DNA from: Alphaproteobacteria bacterium
GTDB lineage: Bacteria; Pseudomonadota; Alphaproteobacteria; G965222575
NCBI GenBank assembly: GCA_965222575.1
Contig: OZ244958.1
Location: 672,001-736,000 of the forward strand
Length of the DNA stretch: 64,000 bases
Direction of reading: 5' to 3'
Shown: positions 37,135 through 46,171 of the stretch, piece by piece
Position numbering within the stretch: position 1 is the first letter of the stretch
Layout of the letters: every line of letters starts with the position of its first letter
Program-made: the position numbers and the translations under genes
The notes under the pieces: generated by a model
Databases searched by the model: none
What the model was told of the DNA's origin: nothing
Seen by the model: only the letters and a program-made list of their open reading frames with translations

Positions 37135-38418
37135 GTGATGGAAACGCTTGGCTCTGATCATACACAACAATGGCATTGTTCTTTTTGTCTAAAAAGTCAG
37201 GATAAGGTGCGTAAGCTCATTGCGGGCCCTCAAGTTTTTATCTGTGATGAGTGCATAGCCTTGTGTCAGGATATTTTGAGAGAGGAAGAGCAGCGCAGTG
37301 ATACGCCTTTAGCGCTGTGTAAGGAGGAGGCTGGTATTTTTTCTCATCTTCCTGTGCCGGAGAAGATTTATGGGTTTCTCAATGATTATGTGGTGGGGCA
37401 GGATTATGCGAAACGTGTCTTGTCTGTAGCGGTCTACAATCACTACAAGCGTATCAGGCATAAGAAGGGGTCTCCTTTTAGTGTTGATGAAGTGGAGATT
37501 AGTAAATCTAACATTTTGCTACTTGGTCCTACGGGCTGCGGCAAGACCTTGCTAGCGCAAACGCTAGCGCGTCTTCTGGATGTTCCCTTTGCCATAGCTG
37601 ATGCGACAACCATTACGGAAGCGGGATATGTAGGGGAAGATGTGGAGCATATTTTGCTTAAGCTTCTGCAGGTGGCGGCTTATGATGTGGAGAGGGCGAG
37701 CAAGGGGATTATTTACATTGATGAGGTGGATAAGATAGGTCGTAAGGCGGAGAATCCTTCTATTACGAGGGATGTTTCGGGAGAAGGGGTACAGCAATGT
37801 TTGCTTAAGATGATTGAGGGGACTGTGGCGAATATTCCTCCGCAGGGGGGGCGCAAGCACCCGCATCAGGAGTTTTTGCAACTGGATACGAAGGATATTT
37901 TATTTATTTTTGGTGGGTCTTTTGAGGGGTTGGATAAAATTATTGCGGCGCGATTAAAGAAGAATTCTATTGGGTTTGGGGCAAGGGTTTATGCTGATGG
38001 TGCAGAGGAGTGGATGGGTCTTGCGCGTCAACTGGAGCTTGTGGATTTGTTAAAATTTGGTCTTATTCCTGAGTTTATTGGGAGACTTCCTGTGCTTGTG
38101 CCGTTACATCAGTTGGATGAGAAGGCGCTTGTGGAGGTTTTGTTGAAGCCTAAGAATGCGTTGATTAAACAGTATCAAGCGCTCTTTAACATGGAGGGCG
38201 TGGAGCTGGTGTTTGAGAAAAAATCCTATGACGCCATTGCGAAGAAGGCGAAACGACTCAAAACGGGTGCTAGAGGATTACGTTCTATCTTGGAAACCAT
38301 GCTGTTGGAGCCTATGTTTGATATTCCGAGTCAGAAAAACATTTGCAAGATTGTGATTGATAAAAAAGTCGTGGAAAAAAATACTAAGCCTCTCCATATC
38401 TTGAGGAAAGCGTCTTGA
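37135..38418 (+). CDS. clpX: ATP-dependent Clp protease ATP-binding subunit ClpX
   Basis: CSFC..ICDEC zinc finger, [19 protein letters not shown] loop, TGARGLR. Confidence 0.98.
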   Translation: MMETLGSDHTQQWHCSFCLKSQDKVRKLIAGPQVFICDECIALCQDILREEEQRSDTPLALCKEEAGIFSHLPVPEKIYGFLNDYVVGQDYAKRVLSVAVYNHYKRIRHKKGSPFSVDEVEISKSNILLLGPTGCGKTLLAQTLARLLDVPFAIADATTITEAGYVGEDVEHILLKLLQVAAYDVERASKGIIYIDEVDKIGRKAENPSITRDVSGEGVQQCLLKMIEGTVANIPPQGGRKHPHQEFLQLDTKDILFIFGGSFEGLDKIIAARLKKNSIGFGARVYADGAEEWMGLARQLELVDLLKFGLIPEFIGRLPVLVPLHQLDEKALVEVLLKPKNALIKQYQALFNMEGVELVFEKKSYDAIAKKAKRLKTGARGLRSILETMLLEPMFDIPSQKNICKIVIDKKVVEKNTKPLHILRKAS

Positions 38419-38522
38419 AGGTCGGGGTGTGAACGGGAATTTTAGGACTATGTTTTATTGTTATTGTTGATGATGATGAGTGAGAGATGAAAAGAGGTAT
38501 TATATTGTAAGAGTAAGGGACG

Positions 38523-40931
38523 TTGGAAAGTAAAGAATCTTTAATTTTGCCTGTTTTGCCGCTAAGGAATGTTGTGTTATTTCCTCAGATGGTGGTGCCT
38601 TTGTTTATTGGGCGGCGGAAATCACTTAAGGCGGTGGAAAAAGCGGTAGCAGGGGATAAGCGGCTATTTTTAGTAGCGCAGCGGCGTCCGGTAGAAGAAA
38701 ATCCTGATAAGAAGGGGCTGTATAATTTTGGCACGATTTGTTCAGTGATGCAGTTGTTGAAGTTACCGGACAATACGGATAAGGCGTTAATTGAGGGTCA
38801 TCAACGCGCCAAGGTTTTGCGGTATGAAGATACGAAGAATGAGCTTTTAGTGCATCTTGAAGTGATTGAGGAGGCAAAATCGGTTGCGGAACAGAATGAG
38901 GATATTCGCAGTATGCGCCGCGTGACCTTGAAGCAGTTTGAGCAGTTTATTAAGCTAGATAAGCGTTTACCGCAGGAGATGTTTACAGTTATCAGTCAGA
39001 TTAAGGATTCCTCGCAGCTACTAGATAATGTTGCTCAGCATGTGAGTTTGAGTATGGAAGCGAAGCAAAAAGTGTTGAGTGCTCGCAGTCTGAAAAAGCG
39101 GTTTGAGATTTTGTTAGTGGCCTTAGAGGCGGAAATTGGCTCTTTGAAGGTAGACAACAAGATTCGGGGTAGAGTACGCAATCAGATGGAAAAAACCCAA
39201 AGAGAGTATTATCTCAATGAGCAGCTCAAGGCGATTCAGAAAGAGCTTGGCAGTGCTAAGCATGGACTGGACGATTTGGAGGTGTTGGAAGAAAAAATAA
39301 AATGTACGCCTCTTACTAAGGAGGCTAGAGAGAAGGCTGTACAGGAGCTTCGAAAATTACGCCAGATGAGTTTGATGTCGTCGGAAGCTACGGTGGGGCG
39401 GAATTATCTGGATTGGCTTTTATCGATTCCGTGGAAATCCAAGAAGGCAAAATCTATTACAGTGAAAAGTGCGGAGAAATCCATTGAAAATGACCATTAT
39501 GGGTTAAGAGAGGTCAAAGAGAGAATTATTGAGTACCTTGCCGTTTTGAAACGAAAAAAGAGTCCTATGGGGTCTATTTTGTGTTTGGTAGGCCCTCCGG
39601 GCGTTGGGAAAACGTCCTTAGGGGCTTCCATTGCAAAGGTGATGGGGAAGAATTTTGTTCGCGTGTCTTTAGGGGGCATGAGGGATGAAGCGGAAATTCG
39701 TGGTCATAGAAAAACCTACATTGGTGCTATGCCGGGCAAGATACTTCAATCACTCCGTAAAGCGAAAGCGAATAATCCTTTTTTCCTCTTAGATGAAATT
39801 GACAAAATGGGCAGTGACTTCAGAGGCGATCCGGCGGCGGCTCTTTTAGAAGTCCTAGACCCTGAACAAAACAAGTCCTTTATGGATTACTATCTTGAGA
39901 TTGAATACGACCTATCAAAGGTTGTGTTTATGTGTACGGCTAATACCATGAACATTCCTATTCCTCTTTTGGATAGAATGGAAATTATTCGTATTCCGGG
40001 ATACACGGAAGGAGAGAAGAAACAGATTGCTAAACGTTATCTCTTGGAAAAGCAAGAAAAACTTCACGGCCTTGAGCCGCAAGAATGGCGTGTCTCTGAT
40101 GCGGTGCTTTTGGAGATTATTCGGTACTATACTAGAGAAGCAGGCGTGCGCGAATTAGAAAGACAGATTGCGAAAATTGCCCGTAAGAGCGTCAAGAAAA
40201 TGCTGGTGGACAAAAGACGCAAGAAAGTGAGCATCACCAAACGCAATCTTGCGTCTTTCTTAGGCGTTAAGCCCTATCTCCGTGGGGAAATCGAAAAAGA
40301 AGACTTAGTTGGCGTCTGTACGGCTTTGGCGTGGACGGAAGTCGGGGGAGAATTGCTCTCTGTGGAGGCTTTGTGTATGAAGGGGAAAGGAAAATTGCAT
40401 ATCACGGGCAAACTTGGAGAAGTCATGAAAGAATCCATTACCGCTTCTATGGCGTTTGTCAAAGCGAAATACAAGACATTTGGCATTGATTTCAAAAAAT
40501 TTCAGGACGATATCCACTTGCATGTTCCGGAAGGGGCTATTCCTAAAGATGGCCCGTCTGCAGGCATTGCTATGGTGGTGACCTTGATTTCTGTGCTTAC
40601 GAATAATCCTGTATCACGCTATGTTGCAATGACAGGGGAAATGACTCTTAAGGGACGCATATTAGCTGTGGGAGGGCTTAAGGAGAAACTCTTAGCAGCG
40701 ACTAGAGGAGGGCTTAAGACTGTCTTTATTCCTAAGGACAATGAGAAAGACCTTAAGGAAGTGGATAAAGAAATTAAGGATAAGCTGACGATTATTCCTG
40801 TGGGGCGTGTGGAAGAGGTACTCGGGAAGTCTTTGAAGAATCCCTTGAAACCTTCACAGTGGAAAGACGAAGCCGTCAAGGGCTTGCCAAAAACACAGGA
40901 GTCCTTAGAGGAAGCTTCTGTGGTACATTAA
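38523..40931 (+). CDS. lon: Lon protease
   Basis: PVLPLR, GPPGVGKTS, DEIDK, PKDGPSAG catalytic serine, GGLKEK. Confidence 0.98.
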   Translation: MESKESLILPVLPLRNVVLFPQMVVPLFIGRRKSLKAVEKAVAGDKRLFLVAQRRPVEENPDKKGLYNFGTICSVMQLLKLPDNTDKALIEGHQRAKVLRYEDTKNELLVHLEVIEEAKSVAEQNEDIRSMRRVTLKQFEQFIKLDKRLPQEMFTVISQIKDSSQLLDNVAQHVSLSMEAKQKVLSARSLKKRFEILLVALEAEIGSLKVDNKIRGRVRNQMEKTQREYYLNEQLKAIQKELGSAKHGLDDLEVLEEKIKCTPLTKEAREKAVQELRKLRQMSLMSSEATVGRNYLDWLLSIPWKSKKAKSITVKSAEKSIENDHYGLREVKERIIEYLAVLKRKKSPMGSILCLVGPPGVGKTSLGASIAKVMGKNFVRVSLGGMRDEAEIRGHRKTYIGAMPGKILQSLRKAKANNPFFLLDEIDKMGSDFRGDPAAALLEVLDPEQNKSFMDYYLEIEYDLSKVVFMCTANTMNIPIPLLDRMEIIRIPGYTEGEKKQIAKRYLLEKQEKLHGLEPQEWRVSDAVLLEIIRYYTREAGVRELERQIAKIARKSVKKMLVDKRRKKVSITKRNLASFLGVKPYLRGEIEKEDLVGVCTALAWTEVGGELLSVEALCMKGKGKLHITGKLGEVMKESITASMAFVKAKYKTFGIDFKKFQDDIHLHVPEGAIPKDGPSAGIAMVVTLISVLTNNPVSRYVAMTGEMTLKGRILAVGGLKEKLLAATRGGLKTVFIPKDNEKDLKEVDKEIKDKLTIIPVGRVEEVLGKSLKNPLKPSQWKDEAVKGLPKTQESLEEASVVH

Positions 40932-41053
40932 GAGTAAGGGGCGTGGTGCTTAGGGGGGGATTTTTTTCCATGAAAGCTATTGTGTTTTTTTGTTGGGCTT
41001 GTTAGTCTTGTTAGACTTGAGGGGGGGGGTATTGTTTATGATAACTAAGAGGG

Positions 41054-42274
41054 TTGAAGATGAAGAATTTAGGGATTGTAGCAGGCATTTTGCTTATTGT
41101 TGGGGTGGGGATTGTTTTTTATAAAGGAAAGGATAGAGGTCAACAGGTTGTTGGTGTAACAGAGGATGAGGTGAAAATAGGCAATACGAATCCTTATAGT
41201 GGGCCTTTATCGGTAAATGGTACGGTAGGGCGTGCGATTAAGGCTTATATTCATACCCTTAATGAGCAGGGGGGCATTGATGGGAAGAGGATTGATTTTA
41301 TCTCTTTGGATGACGGGTATAAGCCTGATAGAACTGTTGCGCAGGTACGGCGGTTGGTAGAGAAAGACAAAGTTTTCTTTCTTTTACAAAATCTGGGGAC
41401 GCCAACAAATTCGGCTATTCATGAGTATGTGAATCAACAGCAGATACCGCATTTATTTTTAGCTACTGGTTCTAGCAAATGGGGACAGCCGGAGAAATAT
41501 CCTTGGACTATGGGTTGGCAACCTACTTATTACACCGAGGGGCAAGTTTACGCGCGGTATATTTTGGAAAAGGTAGAAAATCCTAAGGTTGCTATTTTGT
41601 ATCAGGACGATGACTATGGGCGTGATTATATCAATGGGTTGAGGGCGGGACTTGGGGAGAAGGCTAATGAGGTGATTATTGCAAGTGAGCCTTATGCTTC
41701 TACGGATGCGACGGTGGAGGCGCAAATTGTGAAATTAGCACAATCGCGGGCTAATGTTTTTTTCAATGTTAGCACTGGCAAGTTTACCCCTCAAGCCATT
41801 CGAAAGGTCTATGATATAGGGTGGAGGCCTTTGCATATTCTCAATAATGTCTCAACATCTGTGTCTCAGATTTTGACTCCTGCGGGACTTGAAAAATCTA
41901 AAGGCATTATCACCGCACAATATCTGAAGGACCCCACAGACCCGCAATGGAAAGATGACCCTGAGTTTATAGAATGGTCACAGTGGATGGATACCTATTA
42001 TCCTCAGGGAGATAAAAAGCATGTACTAAATGCCTATGCTTATGCTGTGGGGGCTTCGTTGGAGGTTTTGTTACGGCAACTTGGCGGGGTTTGGACTCGT
42101 GAGAATTTGATGTATCAAGCTGCTCACTTGAGTTTTAGGCCCCCTATGGTACTGCCCGGTATTAGGGTTGAAACTTCTGAGGAGGATTTTTACCCTATAG
42201 AGGCGCTTCAGCTATCGAAATTTGATGGCAAGCGTTGGGCTTTATTTGGTAAGTTGATGGATGTAGGGCAGTAA
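41054..42274 (+). CDS. ABC transporter substrate-binding protein, branched-chain amino acid (LivJ/K-like) family
   Basis: N-terminal TM helix, PYSGP, DDGYKP, LGTPTN, YQDDDYG, YLKDPTDP. No permease genes adjacent. Confidence 0.85.
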   Translation: MKMKNLGIVAGILLIVGVGIVFYKGKDRGQQVVGVTEDEVKIGNTNPYSGPLSVNGTVGRAIKAYIHTLNEQGGIDGKRIDFISLDDGYKPDRTVAQVRRLVEKDKVFFLLQNLGTPTNSAIHEYVNQQQIPHLFLATGSSKWGQPEKYPWTMGWQPTYYTEGQVYARYILEKVENPKVAILYQDDDYGRDYINGLRAGLGEKANEVIIASEPYASTDATVEAQIVKLAQSRANVFFNVSTGKFTPQAIRKVYDIGWRPLHILNNVSTSVSQILTPAGLEKSKGIITAQYLKDPTDPQWKDDPEFIEWSQWMDTYYPQGDKKHVLNAYAYAVGASLEVLLRQLGGVWTRENLMYQAAHLSFRPPMVLPGIRVETSEEDFYPIEALQLSKFDGKRWALFGKLMDVGQ

Positions 42275-42291
42275 GAAAATTTTAGGGGGTA

Positions 42292-43611
42292 GTGATGCTT
42301 TCACGATATACCCGTCCTGTGATGGCGACTCTTTGGGGGAAAGAAGAGAAGTATAGAATCTGGTTAGAAATAGAGTGTCTTGTTGCCGAGGCGCAGGCAC
42401 AACTTGGTCTTATTCCGTCTTCCGTTCCTGTTGTTTTGAGGGAGAAGGGGGGGCGTTTCTCCTTAGAGCGGATTGAGGAGATTGAAGAGGAGGTACAGCA
42501 TGAGGTGTTGGCGTTTTTGACTGCTGTTGCTGAGAGCATAGGGGAGGAGGGGAATTTTACCCACTATGCTTTGACCAGTTCTGATGTGTTAGACACAGCT
42601 TTTAGCGTACAGTTAACGCGGGGGCTGGATATTGTACTAGAGGATAACAAGGCTTTATTGGGTGCTTTACAGAAATTGGCGTGTACGCATGCGCGGACTC
42701 TTTGTGTGGGGCGTAGTCATGGCATGAGTGCGGAGCCTATGACATTTGGGCTTAAGATTCTGTCTTTTTATGCGGAGTTTTCCCGTGCGTTTCGACGTCT
42801 TAGAGTTGCGCGCGAGGAGGTAGCAACGGCACAGATTTCTGGTCCTGTGGGGCTATTTTCTTTTTTGTCTCCTGAGGTAGAGGCTTATGTTGCAAGAAAA
42901 CTAGGCTTGACAGGAGAGCCAATTTCTACGCAAGTCATTCCGCGTGACCGTCATGGAGCAATGTTTGCGGCTTTAGGAGTGGTGGCTTCTTCTATTGAGC
43001 GGTTGGCAGTGGAGATTAGGCATTTATCCAGAGCGGAAGTTGGGGAAGTCTCTGAGTGTTTTGGGGACGGACAAAAAGGGTCTTCTTCTATGCCTCATAA
43101 GAAAAACCCTATTTTAGCGGAGAATCTCACAGGGCTTGCGCGTTTGGTACGCATGAATGTCATACCGGCACTGGAAAATGTTGCCCTTTGGCATGAAAGA
43201 GATATTTCTCATTCCTCTGTAGAACGTGTCATTGCCCCCTCTGCCCTTACTTATTTGGACTTTGCCCTTGTGCGGTTAACAGAGGTCTTAGAGACCTTGA
43301 AGGTTTATCCACAGGTGATGGTGCGTAATCTTGAGGCCACAGGAGGAGTCATTTTTTCTCATGCCTTGCTTTTAGCTCTTGTACGGGGAGGAATGTCTAG
43401 GAAAGAAGCGTATCGTAAGATACAACAGCATGCTTTTAAGACTCAGATTGACGGCGGGGATTATCGGACTCAGATTATGAAAGATAGCAGTATCCTTACT
43501 TGCTTAGGTGGAGAGAAGGCGGTACAGGCTCTCTTTGATACAGACTCTTTTTTCCCCCATGTGGACGCTATTTTTCAAAGGGTTTGGGAGTGTTACCCTT
43601 TGCCGTCTTAG
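42292..43611 (+). CDS. purB: Adenylosuccinate lyase
   Basis: LTSSDVLDT, GRSHG, STQVIPRDRH, GSSSMPHKKNP, WHERDISHSS. Confidence 0.96.
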   Translation: MMLSRYTRPVMATLWGKEEKYRIWLEIECLVAEAQAQLGLIPSSVPVVLREKGGRFSLERIEEIEEEVQHEVLAFLTAVAESIGEEGNFTHYALTSSDVLDTAFSVQLTRGLDIVLEDNKALLGALQKLACTHARTLCVGRSHGMSAEPMTFGLKILSFYAEFSRAFRRLRVAREEVATAQISGPVGLFSFLSPEVEAYVARKLGLTGEPISTQVIPRDRHGAMFAALGVVASSIERLAVEIRHLSRAEVGEVSECFGDGQKGSSSMPHKKNPILAENLTGLARLVRMNVIPALENVALWHERDISHSSVERVIAPSALTYLDFALVRLTEVLETLKVYPQVMVRNLEATGGVIFSHALLLALVRGGMSRKEAYRKIQQHAFKTQIDGGDYRTQIMKDSSILTCLGGEKAVQALFDTDSFFPHVDAIFQRVWECYPLPS

Positions 43612-43680
43612 GAGAGGTCTTTTCTAAAAATTAACCCTCATAGGCTTTTAATACCCTTACGATTATGTTGGGGTTAAGTC

Positions 43681-46005
43681 ATGGAATTTCTATCAAGGAA
43701 GATTTTTCGGCGCTCCTTTCGTTTGACTTTATTGTCTTCTATTTTGATTTTAGTGGTAGGGATTACATTTCTTACCTCTTTAATGGTGGGGTTACTGAAT
43801 TATCATGTAGGCTCTGATTTGTTATATACGGAAGCTAAGAATCGTCTTGTTGCCACATTGGTTTATAGGAGTCAAGAGATTAAGCAGTGGCTTAATGGTC
43901 TTGCGAATGTTGTGCAGGCGGAAGCGCAAAATCCTTTTCTTGGGGATTCGCTTGAGAGTTTTAAGAAGATTTTTCATCAGGGGGGGGAAGAGATGAAAAG
44001 ACGTTTAATTAAGTCTTATATTGTGGATAATCCTTTTGGGAAGGAAGAGCGTGAGAATCTCAATATATCGGCTTTGAGTACATCGGCTTATGATTCGATA
44101 CATTTGCAGTATCATTTGTATTTTCGGTCATTGAAGAAGCAGTTTTATTTTAGTGATGTTCTGTTGATTGATGAGGAGGGTGAGGTTGTTTACAGTTTGA
44201 AGAAGACGGATCATTTTGCGACGAATTTGGTAGTTGGTCCTTATAATTCATCAGTGTTGGGGAAGACTTATAAGGCGTTGCGGCATAGGGCTATTCCTGG
44301 GAAAGTTTTATTTTCTGATTTTTTAGAAGACCCTGAGATGGGAGAGCGTCATGTTGGTTATATTGGCACGGGGATTTTTAATGATGAGGGGGTATTGTTG
44401 GGGATTTTGGTGATGGGGATTGATACCAGTCGGTTGGATGAGATTATGAACAATTCGTTGGGTCTTGGAGAGACGGGCGGGGCACTTTTGGTGGGAGAAG
44501 ATGGTCGTGCGCGTCATGAATTGGAAGAGAGGGGGGGGGTACAAGAGCTGAGAGGTTTTGTTACGCGTACGATTTTACGGAGTCAGCAGTCTTCTTCTGG
44601 GTTGGTGCCATTTTCTGGAGAGTCCGGTCAGAATGTGTATGAGAATGTGTCTTTATGGAAGAGGGTATATGCTTTGTTTAAGGGGGATGTGATAGACAAT
44701 CAAGAGGTGTTTCGGTCTTTTCAAGGAGCTTATGATGGTCAAGGCGGGGTGATTGAGAATTATCAAGGTGGGGAGGAGCCTTCTTTAGTAGCCCATGTGC
44801 CTGTTTTGGTGTTAGGGGTGCGGTGGATATTGTTGGTACAGCAGTCTATGGGTGAGGTGAGTATTTTTTTGAAGGCGTTGCGGCATAAGATTATTCGTAA
44901 TACGGGTGGGGTGCAGGTGATTATTCTGTTGATTGGTTTTGTATTTGCGACGAGTATTGTGGGGCCACTAAAGCGTATGGCGCAGGTGATTCCGAGCTTG
45001 CGTCAGGGGCATATTTCTGTGCCTAAGAAGGCTTTGGAGAGAGCGGATGAGATAGGGGAGATGGCAAGACAGCTACAGAAGTTTCAACTGACTCTTTTGG
45101 AATCTGATAGGTTAAGGCGTGATGCGGAGAAATCTCGTGTGCGGGGTGAGATGACTTTAAGGGAGAAGAAACGCGCCTTAGCCGATCGTTTTCAGGTACG
45201 CATTAATGGTGTTGTGGAGATGGTGGGAGAGGCGTCGGCTACTATGAAGGAAGTGGCGGAAGAGTTGTATCTTTTGGTGGGGAAAACGCAATCCTCTTGT
45301 CAGGGGGCTATTAAGGCGGCGAATATGGCTGTGAAAGAGGTGAATGCCATGGCGGATTTTTCCAGTGACCTTGGCATTTCTATTACTTTTGTGACGAAGA
45401 AATTGAAGCGTTCTTTACAGATGGTGGAGAAAGCTGAGGAAGAGGCGGAGAAAACCAATGCTCGTGTTGAGTCTCTGTTGGTTGCGGCTGAGAGCATTGA
45501 TAAGGTGATTGAGTTTATCAATGATATTGCTAAAAAAACCAATCTTTTGGCCTTAAATGCCACCATTGAATCGGCGCGCGCGGGGGCAAGTGGGAAAGGG
45601 TTTTCTATTGTTGCTCAAGAAGTCAAGCTTTTGGCTAATAGAACCACGAACGCTATAGAAAAGGTTGGTAACCATATCACGAAAATGCAAAAGGAGACCC
45701 AAGAGTCTGTTGCCTCTATTCGCTGTATTCAGCAGTCTATTCGTGATATTACTAAGGAGGTAGGGGAAATGGCTGAAAGCATGAAAACCCATGCCACGGC
45801 TACACAAAATATTTCTACTTCTGCCCAAGTTGTGGCAGATGGGAATTTTAAGTTACATGATAATATTAAAGAAGTGACGGTAGCCTCTGAGAGCAGTGCG
45901 GGGGCGGTGAAAAGAGTCCATAAAGCCGCTGAAACTTTGATTGAGGTTTCTGATGATTTAAGCTACCGGGCTAAGGATTTTTTGAACCATATTCGTAAGA
46001 CATAA
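43681..46005 (+). CDS. Methyl-accepting chemotaxis protein with periplasmic Cache-like sensor and HAMP domain
   Basis: Two TM segments, RADEIGEMA (HAMP), TNLLALNATIESARAGASGKGFSIVAQEVK signalling tip. Confidence 0.92.
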   Translation: MEFLSRKIFRRSFRLTLLSSILILVVGITFLTSLMVGLLNYHVGSDLLYTEAKNRLVATLVYRSQEIKQWLNGLANVVQAEAQNPFLGDSLESFKKIFHQGGEEMKRRLIKSYIVDNPFGKEERENLNISALSTSAYDSIHLQYHLYFRSLKKQFYFSDVLLIDEEGEVVYSLKKTDHFATNLVVGPYNSSVLGKTYKALRHRAIPGKVLFSDFLEDPEMGERHVGYIGTGIFNDEGVLLGILVMGIDTSRLDEIMNNSLGLGETGGALLVGEDGRARHELEERGGVQELRGFVTRTILRSQQSSSGLVPFSGESGQNVYENVSLWKRVYALFKGDVIDNQEVFRSFQGAYDGQGGVIENYQGGEEPSLVAHVPVLVLGVRWILLVQQSMGEVSIFLKALRHKIIRNTGGVQVIILLIGFVFATSIVGPLKRMAQVIPSLRQGHISVPKKALERADEIGEMARQLQKFQLTLLESDRLRRDAEKSRVRGEMTLREKKRALADRFQVRINGVVEMVGEASATMKEVAEELYLLVGKTQSSCQGAIKAANMAVKEVNAMADFSSDLGISITFVTKKLKRSLQMVEKAEEEAEKTNARVESLLVAAESIDKVIEFINDIAKKTNLLALNATIESARAGASGKGFSIVAQEVKLLANRTTNAIEKVGNHITKMQKETQESVASIRCIQQSIRDITKEVGEMAESMKTHATATQNISTSAQVVADGNFKLHDNIKEVTVASESSAGAVKRVHKAAETLIEVSDDLSYRAKDFLNHIRKT

Positions 46006-46171
46006 GAGGTTTTTTTAGTGGTGGGGGCGAAGATTGAGTGGGTTTTTAGGTTTTGTTTTGACAAGGGGTGCGCTTTACGACAATAATGTTTATTGTTTGT
46101 AAATTGACACTGATGGATGATTTATGCTCTAATACATCATAGTTTCAAAAAATGGAGCTTGGAATTCTGAT

